A stretch of 64,000 bases of DNA from Octopus sinensis. Its lineage: Eukaryota. The notes below the pieces were generated by a model. It saw only the letters and a list, made by a program, of their open reading frames with translations, was not told the origin of the DNA and did not search any database. Below, piece by piece: positions 62,346 to 64,000 of this stretch (its first letter is position 1; each line of letters begins with the position of its first letter). The DNA lies in assembly GCF_006345805.1 (NCBI RefSeq), contig NC_043000.1, positions 155,992,001-156,056,000 on the forward strand, in the 5' to 3' direction. Position numbers and translations under genes: made by a program.

Positions 62346-62961
62346 ACACGAGTCAATAATGGGACTCAACATGATCACTCAATCTGCTCGTAATAGCAGC
62401 CAAACATCCTTTAAATCACACCCTACTATCTGGATAGTGTAATCTGCAGCCTAATATGCCTGATAAATAAAGTGTCATAAATTTGGGGCATAAAAAGGGC
62501 ACGGACTTATAAGGCGCACCCCCGTTGTGACAAGCCTAATCTGCGAATAAAAAAAGAAAAGAAAAAAAAACTGCTGCTAATCCCGAGTCCCCGAGCTTAA
62601 TGTCTCACATTTTCATGCACAGGAACAACCATGAAAATTTAGACTGACGTCTTTGGTAAGCTGTTATTCTGGTTAAGTTACTTACCTTCACACTACCAAA
62701 TATTACCGCTTTAGCTTCAGCAATACTGATTACTATCCTTTTATGCAAACAAACTACAGCACACAGCTGCTGGGGACACAAATATGCCTATTATATACTG
62801 AATGAATATATATGTTATTCATCAATATAACTACACGGTATAGATATATATTTTTAATATATACCATTCATTTGCTAATCATTCTAAAAATAGATACCGG
62901 TAGGCCTTACCGTAGCACTAAAATTAACCTTTGTCAGTTGCCAAATCTACCTTCAATATAA

Positions 62962-62962
62962 T

Positions 62963-63015
<53 letters not shown>

Positions 63016-63470
63016 AATTATTGTATACAGTGCTCAGGTGCACCACAACTTGTCAAAAGTGCGTATAAAGTATATGCAGTAATGTACAAATGTCTGGGAA
63101 GTGAACAGTGTATGAGTCAGATACATGCTTGCGTGTGTATGGAGGGGGAAAAAATCAGGTGTAGTGTTGGCGAATCTCAGGAAGCATGGCAGTTTTGAAG
63201 GATGCAGTGCTCCAACAACTAACAACTGATGCCGGCAGTTTGTTCCATGCTTCAGCAACTCTTAGCGTGAAAAAATGTTTCCGAAAGTCATGGGAGCTGT
63301 GCTGCTTTCTGACTTTGTAAACATGTCCACGGATGTGAGACAGGTGGAATTTGAAAAGGTGCTCATAGTTATTGCTTGTAAGATGGTTAATAATTTTATG
63401 GGTGTCTGCCAAGTCAGCTGCCAGACGTCGGAGTTTCAATGTGTCCATGCCCGCAAGGTAATTTTTGTGG
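62962..63470 (-). mobile_element. CR1-clade LINE 3' end with a long (ATT)n tail
   Basis: Matches the other CR1 copies. Confidence 0.8.
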
Positions 63471-63500
63471 AAAAAAGTGCGCCCTATATCCCGAACGTAT

Positions 63501-63910
63501 TCTTTTATTCTTTTACTTGTTTCAGTCATTTGACTGCGGCCATGCTGGAGTACCGCCTTTAGTCGAGCAAATCGACCCCGGGACTTATTCTTTGTAAGCC
63601 CAGTACTTATTCTATCGGTCTCTTTTGCCGAACCGCTAAGTGACGGGGACGTAAACACACCAGCATCGGTTGTCAAGCAATGCTAGGGAGACAAACACAT
63701 ACACACACACAAACATACACTCACACACATAAATATATACATATATACGAAAGGCTTCTTTCAGTTTCCGTCTACCAAATCCACTCACAAGGCATTGGTC
63801 GGCCCGAGGCTATAGCAGAAGACACTTGCCCAAGATGCCACGCAGTGGGACTGAACCCGGAACCATGTGGTTGGTTAGCAAGCTACTTACCACACAGCCA
63901 CTCCTGCGTC
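63501..63910 (-). mobile_element. SINE-B
   Basis: Family match. Confidence 0.9.
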
Positions 63911-64000
63911 TATATCAAAATAAAAGTAATATTGGATCTGTTTAAATGCCGTTTTTCTTGGGTCTGCTTTATCCGAACTCTAAGCTACAACATTGATTTC

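Overview
AT-rich, repeat-saturated animal genomic DNA. The repeat families I recognise point to an octopus (inference, not a database result). I could reconstruct one host gene: a minus-strand TMEM243 orthologue with four coding exons (41886-41942, 25669-25719, 16871-16984, 13784-13930). All junctions are phase 0 with canonical GT-AG sites, giving 122 aa over about 28 kb; its first non-coding exon was not located. Nearly all other ORFs in the supplied track are by-products of repeats. Retroelements: four SINE families, a 5'-truncated RTE LINE with an internal PHD finger plus many solo 3' tails, a second RTE-type family, CR1 tails, an R4/Dong-like tail and three Penelope-like (GIY-YIG) remnants. 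DNA elements: mariner/Tc1 relics, hAT-, TTAA- and TA-type MITEs, and non-autonomous Helitrons/Helentrons. A 3.8 kb satellite at 58.6-62.3 kb has two alternative cassettes (89 and about 179 bp units) on a shared 47 bp linker. Most interesting: (i) two copies of a ~200 bp (TA)n-tailed element with a minimal hammerhead ribozyme core; (ii) the modular satellite, apparently born from a dispersed retroposon; (iii) a near-perfect inverted SINE duplication around a (TA)n tract in a TMEM243 intron; (iv) a Naiad-like Penelope element with an in-frame TGA beside its Cys cluster; (v) a 72 bp target-site-like duplication. No prokaryotic features or CRISPR array were found. Repeat boundaries are read by eye and may be off by a few bases.
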